This document shows, in pieces, positions 18,756-28,202 of a stretch of DNA of 48,098 nt. Source of the DNA: Alphaproteobacteria bacterium (GTDB lineage Bacteria > Pseudomonadota > Alphaproteobacteria > UBA6615); assembly GCA_965261975.1 (NCBI GenBank), contig CBDHEC010000059.1, forward strand, positions 1 through 48,098, written 5' to 3'. How positions within the stretch are numbered: the stretch's first letter is position 1; every line of letters begins with the position of its first letter. The position numbers were made by a program, and so were the translations under genes. A model generated the notes under the pieces. That model made no database searches and was not told where the DNA came from. It was given only the letters and a program-made list of their open reading frames with translations.

Positions 18756-19598
18756 TCATTCGTAAAACACCAGCGCGCGCATCTCGATGCTCTCGCGGAT
18801 CGCCGCGTCGGGCGGGGTGTTCGGGTCGTCGAAGGCGGTGTGGGCCGTGAAGCGCACGCCGGCCGAGGCGTCCGTGTCGTAGACCTTGAACACCAGCGCC
18901 TCCTCGCGGGTCATCTGCGGGAACCAGAACCACTGGTGCGCCGGGTTGTATGAGATGTGATAGGTCTCGCCGGTGCGGTAGCGGTAGCGCCGCTGGTAGG
19001 GAACGAAGCCCTCTTCGGGGATCGTCTTGCCGTCGCACAGGGCCAGCGGGTCGCGCTCGACGCGCGGCGCGATGGACCGCCAGGTCTGGATGATGGCGAA
19101 GCGTTTCTCGAGCGCGGCCTCGGCCTCGTCTTTGGGCAGGAAGTCGCGCACCCGCTGGGGCGCCGAGCGCTCAGTATAGTCGTTATGCACCGAGTGGACT
19201 GCCTTGCGCACCCGGTCGGCCTGCTGGCGCGCCTGTTCGGCGGTGCGGAGCGTGTGGTCGAAGACCAGCACGCGCTTGGCACCGCCGCTGTGTGCCTGGA
19301 TCAGGGCCTCGGTCTCCGGGTAGTAGACCGAGCGCACTTCCTCTTCGTCGAAGAAATCCCGCACCTTTGTGTGATGATCGACAAAGGCGAAGCCGTGGGT
19401 CGGCAGGGTGAACTGCGCCGGGTCCGCGCGGCCGTTGTGGATTTGCACGAGATGTTTCTCGTAGGCCGGCATGTGGGCCTTATGCTCCATCTCCGGCCAG
19501 TCGAGGTAGCGTACGGCCGGGATGCCGTCGTCGACGATGTAGTCGAGTTCGGCCTCGATATAGTCATTTTGGGCGATCGGTTCGGCAGTTTGGCTCAT
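18756..19598 (-). CDS. CmcJ/NvfI (AsaB-like) family oxidoreductase
   Basis: VFDHTLR, VHNDYT (HxD), WRSI, PLALCD, FKVYD, HTAFDDP and RESIEMRALVF motifs. Confidence 0.88.
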   Translation of the reverse strand: MSQTAEPIAQNDYIEAELDYIVDDGIPAVRYLDWPEMEHKAHMPAYEKHLVQIHNGRADPAQFTLPTHGFAFVDHHTKVRDFFDEEEVRSVYYPETEALIQAHSGGAKRVLVFDHTLRTAEQARQQADRVRKAVHSVHNDYTERSAPQRVRDFLPKDEAEAALEKRFAIIQTWRSIAPRVERDPLALCDGKTIPEEGFVPYQRRYRYRTGETYHISYNPAHQWFWFPQMTREEALVFKVYDTDASAGVRFTAHTAFDDPNTPPDAAIRESIEMRALVFYE

Positions 19599-19636
19599 GG
19601 GATTCTCTTGGTTGGGCGTTGCCGGGACTCATTCTC

Positions 19637-19957
19637 CTAGAGGCCGTCCGGGTGCCAGCCGCCATCCATGTCGAAATGGCGAACCGAGCATTCCGCGATA
19701 ATGTCAGCATAGCCGTCGGGCATATAGGAGATTTTCCAGTCGTCGCCGAAGCGTGCCTTGATGGCGTCGAGATCCTGCCAGAGCGAGACGAAGAGCACGA
19801 CATCGTCGTCGACGATGCTCTTCCCGAAGATGTAGCCCCGGTTCCCCGGTTCGCCCGCGACGACCGCGGCCGAGGTCGAGGCGAAGTTCTCCAGGAGCTC
19901 ACCGGCGCGACCGGGCCTGGTGCGTGCCTCGAAGATACGCAGGACCGGGCCGGTCAT
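19637..19957 (-). CDS. Antibiotic biosynthesis monooxygenase (ABM/Dabb) family protein
   Basis: 106 aa ferredoxin-like pattern: RIFEARTRPG...EPGNRGY...FVSLWQDLDAIKARFG. Confidence 0.7.
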   Translation of the reverse strand: MTGPVLRIFEARTRPGRAGELLENFASTSAAVVAGEPGNRGYIFGKSIVDDDVVLFVSLWQDLDAIKARFGDDWKISYMPDGYADIIAECSVRHFDMDGGWHPDGL

Positions 19958-20916
19958 GCGGCGCCACCATCATAGGCAACGATCGCCTCGGGCATGGACC
20001 CGCCGGCGTGATAGCCGCCCTCGACGATCTCCGCCGATGCGATCTCGATCTTCGGCACCTCGCCATTGCCCAGCGCGGCGTGGAGGTACCGGCTGTCGTC
20101 GCTGAACAGCATGTGGAACGGCTCGTCGGCGACATTCACCACCCGGCGCTTGTCGGGGTCGTCGGCATCGAGGAGCTCGACATAGCCCTTGTCGGCGGGT
20201 TCGTCGTAGGTGCTGACGGCGATGGTCTTGCCGTCCGGCGACACGAAGGGCCAGCCAGGGACGCCTGTCAGGGTGTGGGTTCCGATAAGCTGGCGCGCGG
20301 CGCAATCGATCACATGCAGCAACGGGCGATGGAAGTCGCCGACGAACAGGCGCGAACCGTCGTTCGAGACCCGGATCGCCTGGGCGCCGACGGGCACGTC
20401 GATACGTGCCGTGATTGTCCGTGTTTCGATGTCGATCTCGGTGATCACCGGATACTCCTTGGACGAGGCATACAAGGTCCGGCCGTCGGGGGACGCGGCG
20501 AGGAAATGCCCCGGGGTCTGCAGCCAGATCGTGTGCTCGATCTCCCAGCTGTCCGGGTCGATCACCAGGACGCAGCGGCTGTGATCGACCGTCGCCCAGA
20601 GCTTGCCCTGCTGGTCGATCACCAGCGCGTGGGGGCCCTTGTAGAGATTGAGGTCGATGTGGCCCGCGAGGGTCATGTCGGTAAGGTCGACCACGGCGAT
20701 TCGGTTGTCGGGCACGTTGGGGCCATAGTCGGCGCTGCCATAGAGGGAGACGAAACCACGCGTGCCGTCGTTGGAGACCGCCAGCTCATGGGGCTTGCCG
20801 GTGTTCAGCGTGCCCACCTCGATGCAGGCGACCGTATCGCCGGTCTCGGCATCGAGGGCGGTGAGGCTGACATTCTCCTTCACGGTGAGCAGGATCAGGC
20901 GGCGATCGACGGACAT
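19954..20916 (-). CDS. YncE/YVTN-type beta-propeller protein
   Basis: Repeated PH..AVS.DG / SPDG blade motifs. No signal peptide seen. 4-bp overlap with the ABM gene. Confidence 0.8.
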   Translation of the reverse strand: MSVDRRLILLTVKENVSLTALDAETGDTVACIEVGTLNTGKPHELAVSNDGTRGFVSLYGSADYGPNVPDNRIAVVDLTDMTLAGHIDLNLYKGPHALVIDQQGKLWATVDHSRCVLVIDPDSWEIEHTIWLQTPGHFLAASPDGRTLYASSKEYPVITEIDIETRTITARIDVPVGAQAIRVSNDGSRLFVGDFHRPLLHVIDCAARQLIGTHTLTGVPGWPFVSPDGKTIAVSTYDEPADKGYVELLDADDPDKRRVVNVADEPFHMLFSDDSRYLHAALGNGEVPKIEIASAEIVEGGYHAGGSMPEAIVAYDGGAA

Positions 20917-21019
20917 GATGATTCTCCTTGTCGATACAGTTTAGCGCATCGGCGTGGGGATTGGTTCCGCATGTACGAGCGGTTAGACTCGCGCGCAACG
21001 AAAGACGTGGGGCCATCCA

Positions 21020-22159
21020 GTGGATTTCCAACTTACCGAAGAACAGTCCGCGATACAGGATATGGCGCGCGGTTTCGCGACCGACGAGATGCTGCCCCAT
21101 GCCGAGAAATGGGACGAGGAATGCATCTTCCCGGTCGATACATTGCGCGCCGCCGCCGCGCTGGGCCTCGCCGGGATCTACTGCGACCCCGAGCATGGCG
21201 GCTCGGGTCTCGGGCGGCTGGATTCGACAATCATCTTCGAGGAGCTGGCGAGCGCGTGTCCGTCGACGGCCGCCTATATCTCCATCCACAACATGTGCGC
21301 CTGGATGATCGACAGCTTCGGCGGCGACGAACAGCGCGCGAAGTTCCTGCCCAAGCTCACCACCATGGAACATTTCGCCAGCTACTGCCTGACCGAGCCG
21401 GGCTCGGGCTCGGACGCGGCAGCCTTGCGCACCAGCGCCAAACGCGACGGCGATCACTACGTCCTCAATGGCTCGAAGGCGTTCATCTCGGGCGGGTCGG
21501 CCGCGGATGTCTATGTCTGCATGGTCCGCACCGGCGACGACAGTCCCAACGGGATCAGCTGCATCGCGGTTGAACGTGACGCGCCGGGTCTTTCCTTCGG
21601 CAAGCTTGAGAAGAAACTCGGCTGGAACAGCCAGCCGACCGCGGCGGTGATCTTCGAGGATTGCCGGGTGCCGGTGGAGAATCTGATCGGCGCGGAGGGG
21701 GACGGCTTCAAGATCGCCATGCAGGGGCTCGACGGCGGGCGGCTCAACATCGGCGCCTGTTCCATCGGCGGCGCGCGGGTCTGCCTCGATGCGACCCGGG
21801 ATTATCTGAAGGAACGCAAGCAGTTCGGCCAGCCGCTGGCGGATTTCCAGGCGCTGCAGTTCCGCCTGGCGGACATGGCGACCGAGCTGGATTCTGCGCG
21901 GCTGATGATTCACCGTGCCGCCTGGATGCTCGACAACCGGATGCATGGCACCACGGTGGCGGCCGCGATGGCCAAGCGCGTGGCGACCGACACCGGGTTC
22001 GAGGTGGCGAACCGGGCCCTGCAACTGCACGGCGGCTATGGCTACCTCAAGGAGTTTCCGATCCAGCGCTATCTGCGCGATCTGCGTGTGCACCAGATTC
22101 TGGAAGGCACCAACGAGATCATGCGCGTGATTATTTCCCGAGATCTTTTGCGTCAGTAA
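21020..22159 (+). CDS. Isobutyryl-CoA (acyl-CoA) dehydrogenase
   Basis: [44 protein letters not shown] and ILEGTNEIM motifs. Upstream of a 3-hydroxyisobutyryl-CoA hydrolase gene and mmsB. Confidence 0.9.
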   Translation: MDFQLTEEQSAIQDMARGFATDEMLPHAEKWDEECIFPVDTLRAAAALGLAGIYCDPEHGGSGLGRLDSTIIFEELASACPSTAAYISIHNMCAWMIDSFGGDEQRAKFLPKLTTMEHFASYCLTEPGSGSDAAALRTSAKRDGDHYVLNGSKAFISGGSAADVYVCMVRTGDDSPNGISCIAVERDAPGLSFGKLEKKLGWNSQPTAAVIFEDCRVPVENLIGAEGDGFKIAMQGLDGGRLNIGACSIGGARVCLDATRDYLKERKQFGQPLADFQALQFRLADMATELDSARLMIHRAAWMLDNRMHGTTVAAAMAKRVATDTGFEVANRALQLHGGYGYLKEFPIQRYLRDLRVHQILEGTNEIMRVIISRDLLRQ

Positions 22160-22183
22160 TTTCCCCCATAAACAGGTTTTGCC

Positions 22184-23233
22184 ATGAACGATGAACCCGA
22201 AGTCCTGCTCGAACAGCGCGGGCGGATTGGCCTGATCACGTTGAACAAGCCCCGGGCGTTAAACGCGCTGTCGCTCACCATGATCCACGCGATCGAGCCG
22301 CAGCTGCAGGCCTGGGCAAAGGATGACGGCGTCGATGCGGTCGTCATCAAAGGTGCGGGTGAGAAGGCGTTCTGCGCCGGCGGCGATATCCGTGACCTGT
22401 ATGAGGGGCGCGGGACCGACTTCGGGCCCACCTACTACGCGGCGGAATACAAGCTGAACGTCCTGATCCATACCTATCCGAAACCCTACATCGCGCTGAT
22501 GGACGGGGTGACCATGGGCGGCGGCGTGGGCATGTCCGTGCATGGCTCGCACCGCGTCGTCTCGGACCGGATTCTTTTCGCGATGCCGGAGACCGGTATC
22601 GGCCTGTTTCCCGATATCGGCGCCAGCTGGTTCCTGCCCTGCTGCCCCGGTGAGATCGGCATGTATCTCGGGCTGACCGGCCACCGCCTGCGTGCCGCGG
22701 ACACGCTCTATGCGGGTATCGGGGATGTTCATGTGCCGGCGGCGCGGAATGATGATCTGATCGCCGCATTGGCGGGGGCCATGGCGCTCGACGGAGACGG
22801 GGTGGCGGCCATCCTGCGCGACTTTGCGGTCGATCCGGGCGACGCGCCCCTGGCGGCCGACCGCGAGGCGATCGACCGGTGCTTTGCCGGTAACAGCGTC
22901 GAGGACATTCTGGCGCGGCTTGCGGCCGAAGACAGCGATTGGGCGCGCGATCAGATCGCGACATTGGCCACCAAATCGCCGACTGCCATGAAGGTCACAC
23001 ATCGCCAGTTGCGGCTTGGCGCCAGGATTGAATCGATCGCCGATATCATGGCGATGGAGTACCGCATTGCGGACCGCTGTTTCCGGGGTCATGATTTGTT
23101 CGAAGGCATCCGCGCGGTCGTGATCGACAAGGACGGGGCCCCGAAATGGGACCCGACCACCCTCGATGCGGTGAGCGAGGCCGACGTCGATGAATATTTC
23201 GAGCCCGTGGCGGGTGAGCCGAGCTTCGGCTGA
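22184..23233 (+). CDS. 3-hydroxyisobutyryl-CoA hydrolase (crotonase family)
   Basis: AFCAGGDI, TMGGGVG, AMPETGIGLFPD and EGIRAVVIDKD..PKW motifs. Confidence 0.9.
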   Translation: MNDEPEVLLEQRGRIGLITLNKPRALNALSLTMIHAIEPQLQAWAKDDGVDAVVIKGAGEKAFCAGGDIRDLYEGRGTDFGPTYYAAEYKLNVLIHTYPKPYIALMDGVTMGGGVGMSVHGSHRVVSDRILFAMPETGIGLFPDIGASWFLPCCPGEIGMYLGLTGHRLRAADTLYAGIGDVHVPAARNDDLIAALAGAMALDGDGVAAILRDFAVDPGDAPLAADREAIDRCFAGNSVEDILARLAAEDSDWARDQIATLATKSPTAMKVTHRQLRLGARIESIADIMAMEYRIADRCFRGHDLFEGIRAVVIDKDGAPKWDPTTLDAVSEADVDEYFEPVAGEPSFG

Positions 23234-23260
23234 CGGTCGCGACAGAAAATCAGGGAGAGA

Positions 23261-24151
23261 ATGATGGCGAAGATCGGATTTATCGGGCTGGGCAACATGG
23301 GCGGCCCGATGGTCGCCAACCTGGTCGGGGCCGGACACAGCGTGTCGGTGTTCGACATTTCCGCGGACGCGGTGGAGCGCGCCGTCGATAGCGGCGGGAC
23401 CGCCGCCGACAGCGCTCGCGCGACGGCCGACGGTGCCGAGGTAATCATCACCATGCTGCCGGCGGGTGCGCATGTCCGCTCGGTTTATGTCGACGATGAC
23501 GGCGTCCTGGATGGGCTGGAAAAAGGCGCGCTGGTGATCGACTGCTCGACCATCGACGTGCCCACGGCGCGCGAGATGATCGTCGAGGCCGAGAATCGGG
23601 AGCTCGAAATGATTGACGCACCGGTGTCGGGCGGCGTCGGCGGCGCGGCGGCGGGAACGCTTACCTTTATGTGTGGAGGTAGCGACAGCGCCTTCGGGCG
23701 AGCGGAGCCGATCCTTCAGGCCATGGGCAAGAATATCTTCCACGCCGGTGCGGCGGGCGCGGGCCAGTCCGCGAAGGTTTGCAACAACCTCATGCTCGCG
23801 ATCCAGATGATCGCGGTGTCCGAGGGCTTCGGGCTGGCCGAGAAGCTCGGCCTGGATGCCCAGAAACTGTTCGATATCTCCTCGACCGCCACGGCCCAGT
23901 GCTGGGCGATGACCAGTTATTGCCCGGTGCCCGGCCCTGTGCCGACCTCGCCGGCCAACAATGACTATGCGGCCGGATTTACCGTGGCGATGATGCTCAA
24001 GGACCTGAAACTGTCACAGGAGGCCGCCGGCACGACAGGGGCCAACACGCCGCTCGGCGCGCACGCGACCGCGCTCTTCGACGCATACGCGGCGGATGGT
24101 AACGAGGGGTTGGATTTTTCGGCAATCATACGCCACATCACGGGTCAGTGA
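23261..24151 (+). CDS. mmsB: 3-hydroxyisobutyrate dehydrogenase
   Basis: GFIGLGNMGGPM, TMLPAG, DAPVSGG, AKVCNN and the MmsB-specific YCPVPG...PANNDY..GF. Confidence 0.92.
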   Translation: MMAKIGFIGLGNMGGPMVANLVGAGHSVSVFDISADAVERAVDSGGTAADSARATADGAEVIITMLPAGAHVRSVYVDDDGVLDGLEKGALVIDCSTIDVPTAREMIVEAENRELEMIDAPVSGGVGGAAAGTLTFMCGGSDSAFGRAEPILQAMGKNIFHAGAAGAGQSAKVCNNLMLAIQMIAVSEGFGLAEKLGLDAQKLFDISSTATAQCWAMTSYCPVPGPVPTSPANNDYAAGFTVAMMLKDLKLSQEAAGTTGANTPLGAHATALFDAYAADGNEGLDFSAIIRHITGQ

Positions 24152-24174
24152 CGCGGCGCGCGGGCTGCAGCGCG

Positions 24175-24387
24175 TCAGCCGGCGGCGACGCTTCGCTTGC
24201 GACAGCTGCCGCACAAACGGTTGTGCCAGCCTTCGCTCTCGAACTTGTTGCCACACACCATGCAGGCGCGCTCGATCGCGTCGTCGCCTTGCGCGCGCAC
24301 GCGGCCATAGGCTTCCGTCTCGCTGACCGCGTCTCCGCTCGTCGCCTGCGTGTTCGCGCCTTCCAAATCTGCACCGGTCTGAGTCAC
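24175..24387 (-). CDS. Small hypothetical zinc-ribbon protein (70 aa)
   Basis: RBS AAGGAG before GTG. RACMVCGNKFESEGWHNRLCGSC contains two CxxC pairs. Confidence 0.7.
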   Translation of the reverse strand: MTQTGADLEGANTQATSGDAVSETEAYGRVRAQGDDAIERACMVCGNKFESEGWHNRLCGSCRKRSVAAG

Positions 24388-24688
24388 GGCCTACTCCTTC
24401 ATAAATGGCGTTCGTCGTGTCCCGAACACCATCAATATTCCCCCACGAACATGCCTCTTTTGGGGCAGTATCGTGTTGTAAATTGCTATTTCCGGTCCGC
24501 CGTTCGCGCGAAATGTGACCGCCCAGCCGTTCTGGATTGGGCTATCATCCAGCATAATACGTTGAAAACGCTGGCAAATATTTCTAAGCGGTGGCGCCAG
24601 GAGCTGCTCCAGCAGCACCTGTAAAAAAGGTCACAATGGCGGAAAAGTCAATGCGACATTCTCGACATCCCAGATTGTGAGACGGGTA

Positions 24689-26335
24689 ATGGGTTCAGAG
24701 ACCAGTTTCGACTACATAATTGTGGGTGCCGGGAGCGCCGGATGCGTGCTGGCGCATCGCCTGAGCGCTGATCCCGACATTCGGGTTCTGTTGCTGGAGG
24801 CGGGTCCGCGTGATGCCCACCCGCTGATCCATATTCCCGTGGGGAACGGGAAGGTTATTCCGAACCCGAAATATAACTGGCAGTTCGAGACCGAACCCCA
24901 GGAGAACATGGCCGGTCGCCGCATTCCATGGCCACGCGGCAAGACCCTCGGCGGGTCTTCCTCGTTGAACGGCATGATCTATATCCGCGGACATGCGCGT
25001 GACTATGATCTCTGGCGCCAGCTCGGGCTGACGGGCTGGTCCTATGCCGATGTCCTGCCCTATTTCAAACGGGCGGAAGGCAATGTCCGCGGCGGCGATG
25101 CGTTCCATGGCGGCGATGGCCCCCTGACGGTCAGCGACGCCGCGCATGATCATTCGCTCTTCGATGCGTTTGTCGCGGCGGGGTCGCAGGCCGGATACCC
25201 GACCAACAATGATTTCAACGGCCCCGAGCAGGAAGGCTTCGGGCGCTACCAGTTCAACATCCGCAATGCGCGACGCTGGAGCGCGGCCGCGGCGTATTTG
25301 CGCCCCGCCCTCGCGCGCCCCAACCTGACGGTCGAGACCGGCGCGTTGACCCAGCGTGTGGAGTTCGAGGGCGGCAGGGCCGTGGGGGTGCGTTATGCGC
25401 AGGGACGTGCCGAGCATCTCGTGCGCGCCGATCGCGAAGTGCTGCTCTCCGGTGGGGTCGTGAACTCGCCGCAGCTCTTGATGCTGTCCGGTATCGGGCG
25501 CGGGGATGCGCTGCGCTCGCACGGCATTGACGTGCTCCTGGACCGGCCTGACGTCGGCGCAAACCTGCAAGACCATCTCTGTGTTCACACGGTGCATACG
25601 TCGAAAGTCCGGACCCTGACAGACGACCTGACGCGAACCGAGCGCGGCGCTGTGTCCATGGTGCGCGCGGCACTCCTGCGCTCCGGCCCGGCGGCCGGGT
25701 TCCCGCTCGAAGGTGGGGCGTTCCTGCGCACGTCGGACAGTTTGGAGATGCCCGATATTCAGTTTCATTTCAGCGCCGGGAATCTGCTGTCGCTGATCCG
25801 GCGTCCTTTCGCCGATCACACCCCCGACCACACACGACCCGATGCGTTCATGTGTCATGTCTGTCAGCTGCGCCCGGAGAGTCGCGGTGAGATCACGCTG
25901 CGCTCTGCAGACCCGCGAGAAGCACCCGTCATTGAGCCGAACTATCTGTCGGAAGCCAGAGACCGGGAGACGATGCGGGAAGGCTTCAAGGCCATGCGCG
26001 AGGTCATGCATCAACCCGCACTGGCAGCGCTAAGTGATGGCGAGATCTGGCCCGAGCCGAATGTGCGAACGGATGCCGATATCGATGCATTTATCCGGAA
26101 CACCGGGGGCACGGTCTATCACCCCGTCGGCACCTGCCGTATGGGTGGCGACAGTGAATCGGTGGTGGACGAGGTCCTGCAGGTCCGCGGCGTCGAAGGA
26201 TTGCGGGTGGTCGATGCCTCGGTCATGCCGACCCTGGTGGGCGGCAATACGCATGCGCCCACGGTGATGATCGCCGAGAAGGCCGCGGACATGATCCTCG
26301 GCCACCCCGCGCCGGACCCGGAAAACTTCGCCTAG
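24689..26335 (+). CDS. GMC oxidoreductase (choline dehydrogenase-like; substrate unknown)
   Basis: DYIIVGAGSAG, PRGKTLGGSSSLNGMIYIRG, NLQDH, YHPVGTCRMG and GNTHAP motifs. Confidence 0.92.
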   Translation: MGSETSFDYIIVGAGSAGCVLAHRLSADPDIRVLLLEAGPRDAHPLIHIPVGNGKVIPNPKYNWQFETEPQENMAGRRIPWPRGKTLGGSSSLNGMIYIRGHARDYDLWRQLGLTGWSYADVLPYFKRAEGNVRGGDAFHGGDGPLTVSDAAHDHSLFDAFVAAGSQAGYPTNNDFNGPEQEGFGRYQFNIRNARRWSAAAAYLRPALARPNLTVETGALTQRVEFEGGRAVGVRYAQGRAEHLVRADREVLLSGGVVNSPQLLMLSGIGRGDALRSHGIDVLLDRPDVGANLQDHLCVHTVHTSKVRTLTDDLTRTERGAVSMVRAALLRSGPAAGFPLEGGAFLRTSDSLEMPDIQFHFSAGNLLSLIRRPFADHTPDHTRPDAFMCHVCQLRPESRGEITLRSADPREAPVIEPNYLSEARDRETMREGFKAMREVMHQPALAALSDGEIWPEPNVRTDADIDAFIRNTGGTVYHPVGTCRMGGDSESVVDEVLQVRGVEGLRVVDASVMPTLVGGNTHAPTVMIAEKAADMILGHPAPDPENFA

Positions 26336-26733
26336 GCGTCCTCAAGCACGGCAATCGCACTGATTTCCACCAGGTAATCCGGATGGGTCATCTTTGTCAC
26401 TTCGACCATGGTCGAGGCGGGCAGGGGGGGCTCGAAATAGTCGCGACGCACGCGATGGACGGCGTCGAAATGCTCCATGTTCCGGACATAGACATCGACC
26501 CGGCAGATGTCGGCCATCGTGCCGCCGGCTTCCTCGACGGCCGCTTTCAGGTTTTCACAAACCTGGCGCGTCTGGGCCTCGGGATCGCCGACCCCGGCCA
26601 CGGACCCGTCCGGCGTGTGCGCGGTCATACCAGAAATGAAAACCAGCTGGCCGCGTGCGGATACGGTGGTGGCGTGAGAAAAATGTCCACCCGGCGCTTT
26701 CATTCTGGGTGAGGTGATTTGCGTCTTGGTCAT
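26332..26733 (-). CDS. RidA/YjgF family protein
   Basis: FISG, QTRQVCENL, PASTMVEV and LVEISAIA motifs. Confidence 0.9.
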   Translation of the reverse strand: MTKTQITSPRMKAPGGHFSHATTVSARGQLVFISGMTAHTPDGSVAGVGDPEAQTRQVCENLKAAVEEAGGTMADICRVDVYVRNMEHFDAVHRVRRDYFEPPLPASTMVEVTKMTHPDYLVEISAIAVLEDA

Positions 26734-26760
26734 CTCGTTCCCCTTTGCGAGTTCGCGACC

Positions 26761-27075
26761 CTAGTTGCCTTCCGCGGTCTTGGGCGCGGCGTCCGGGTTC
26801 CATTGGCCGCGGCGCATCCGGGTGATCTTGACGCTCTTGAAGGTGCCGGCCATGCGCAGTGGTTCATTCTCCGAGAATCGATCGGCGGCTTCCCGGTCCG
26901 GCACGTTGATGATCAGGGTGCTGCCGATACGGGTCTGGTTGTCATCGGCCAGTAAGGCCCCGCCGAGCACGAGGATGTCCTTGTGCTCTTCCAGATAGGC
27001 GAAGTGGGCCGGTTTGTGGGCCGCGCGCAATGCGGGCGAATTCGGCCCGTCTTCCTGATAGATGATGTAGAGCAT
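26761..27075 (-). CDS. YciI family protein
   Basis: R..H.PAH..YL, GGALL...GS and ENEP motifs; 104 aa. Confidence 0.85.
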   Translation of the reverse strand: MLYIIYQEDGPNSPALRAAHKPAHFAYLEEHKDILVLGGALLADDNQTRIGSTLIINVPDREAADRFSENEPLRMAGTFKSVKITRMRRGQWNPDAAPKTAEGN

Positions 27076-27081
27076 CGTCGC

Positions 27082-28008
27082 TTAGCGGATCTGCAGGACC
27101 AGCTTGCCGGTGAGGTGACGGCCGGCGCTTTTCGTCACGGCCGCGGCCGCATCCTCAAGGGCATAGGCCTCGATCGGCGGTACATGCACGACACCGGTGT
27201 CACGCAGGGCGATGATCCGCTCCATATACTTGCGGTCTCGGCCGACGGCGGGGCGCAGGGATTCCACGTCATCGCGTGGCGAGTCCGGCGCCTTCGGGCC
27301 CGAGGCAATGCCTGCCAGCCGACCGCCGGGTTTCAGGACTGCGAACGACTTCTGTGTCACGTCACCGCCGACGGTTTCGAACACGGCGTCGCAGTCCGAT
27401 AGGATTTCGGTGAAGTCCTGGGCGTTGTAGTCGATTACCTCATCCGCGCCGAGGCCGCGCACATAGTCGATATTCCGGGCGCTGCAGGTGGTGATGACAT
27501 GCGCGCCGATATGTTTGGCGAGCTCGATAGCGAACCCGGCGACGCCACCCGCGCCCCCCTGGATCAGGATTTTCTCGCCCGCCTGCAATTTGATCGTCTC
27601 CTCGATCGAGATAATTGCCGTGAGCCCGGGCAGCGCCAGCGCGGCCGCTTCGGCGTGGGATAGGCTGTCGGGTTTTGCCGACAGGAGCGCCTGGTCCATG
27701 GCGATTTTCTCCGCGTAGGTGCCTTCCTGGCCGCGTTCGCACACGCCGAACACGGCATCGCCAACCGAGAAGTCATTGGCGCCCTCACCGAGGCTGGCGA
27801 CCGTACCCGAAAAGTCACGGCCGAGGATGTAGGGGAAGTAACCAACTTCGCCATAGGTGCCGCCTTCAAGCACCTTGGCATCCGCGGCGTTCACGCTCGC
27901 GGCATGGATATCGACGATCACCTCGCCGGGTCCCGGAACCGGATCCGGCAGATCGCCGTACATCAGGACTTCGGGGCCGCCATGCTGTTCGAAATATGAA
28001 GCTTTCAT
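27082..28008 (-). CDS. NADP-dependent MDR (quinone oxidoreductase-like, Zn-independent) oxidoreductase
   Basis: HAASVN, GRDFSG, IQGGAGGVA, LGADEVIDY and GKLVL motifs. Confidence 0.88.
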   Translation of the reverse strand: MKASYFEQHGGPEVLMYGDLPDPVPGPGEVIVDIHAASVNAADAKVLEGGTYGEVGYFPYILGRDFSGTVASLGEGANDFSVGDAVFGVCERGQEGTYAEKIAMDQALLSAKPDSLSHAEAAALALPGLTAIISIEETIKLQAGEKILIQGGAGGVAGFAIELAKHIGAHVITTCSARNIDYVRGLGADEVIDYNAQDFTEILSDCDAVFETVGGDVTQKSFAVLKPGGRLAGIASGPKAPDSPRDDVESLRPAVGRDRKYMERIIALRDTGVVHVPPIEAYALEDAAAAVTKSAGRHLTGKLVLQIR

Positions 28009-28093
28009 CGTCTTTACGTCCTTGGGTGCGTATCGGGTGCTTGGGTGTAGTGGAGAAGGCTAGCGGATCGGCCCGGCTTGCGCGAGCGGCATA

Positions 28094-28115
28094 TCCGCCA
28101 TGGTCGCATGGCGGA
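28094..28115. promoter_or_regulatory. Inverted repeat in a divergent intergenic region
   Basis: TCCGCCATG-GTCG-CATGGCGGA (9-bp arms). Confidence 0.3.
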
Positions 28116-28202
28116 CGTCCGGGCTCGCGTCCGTGGCACCGGGTCTGGTAAAAGGCCCAGCCGGAAGGGCAGTGGATTGACCGAGATTAACGGGGAAGCG
28201 GG

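Noticed and set aside
24391-24618. 75-aa minus-strand ORF upstream of the zinc-ribbon gene
   Set aside because: Atypical codon usage, no RBS and no motif. More likely promoter DNA.
14264-26335. Complete vitamin B6 degradation pathway (lactonase, SDR, GMC oxidase)
   Set aside because: The families fit loosely, but the genes are scattered in different units and no MHPCO-type flavin ring-cleavage oxygenase is visible.
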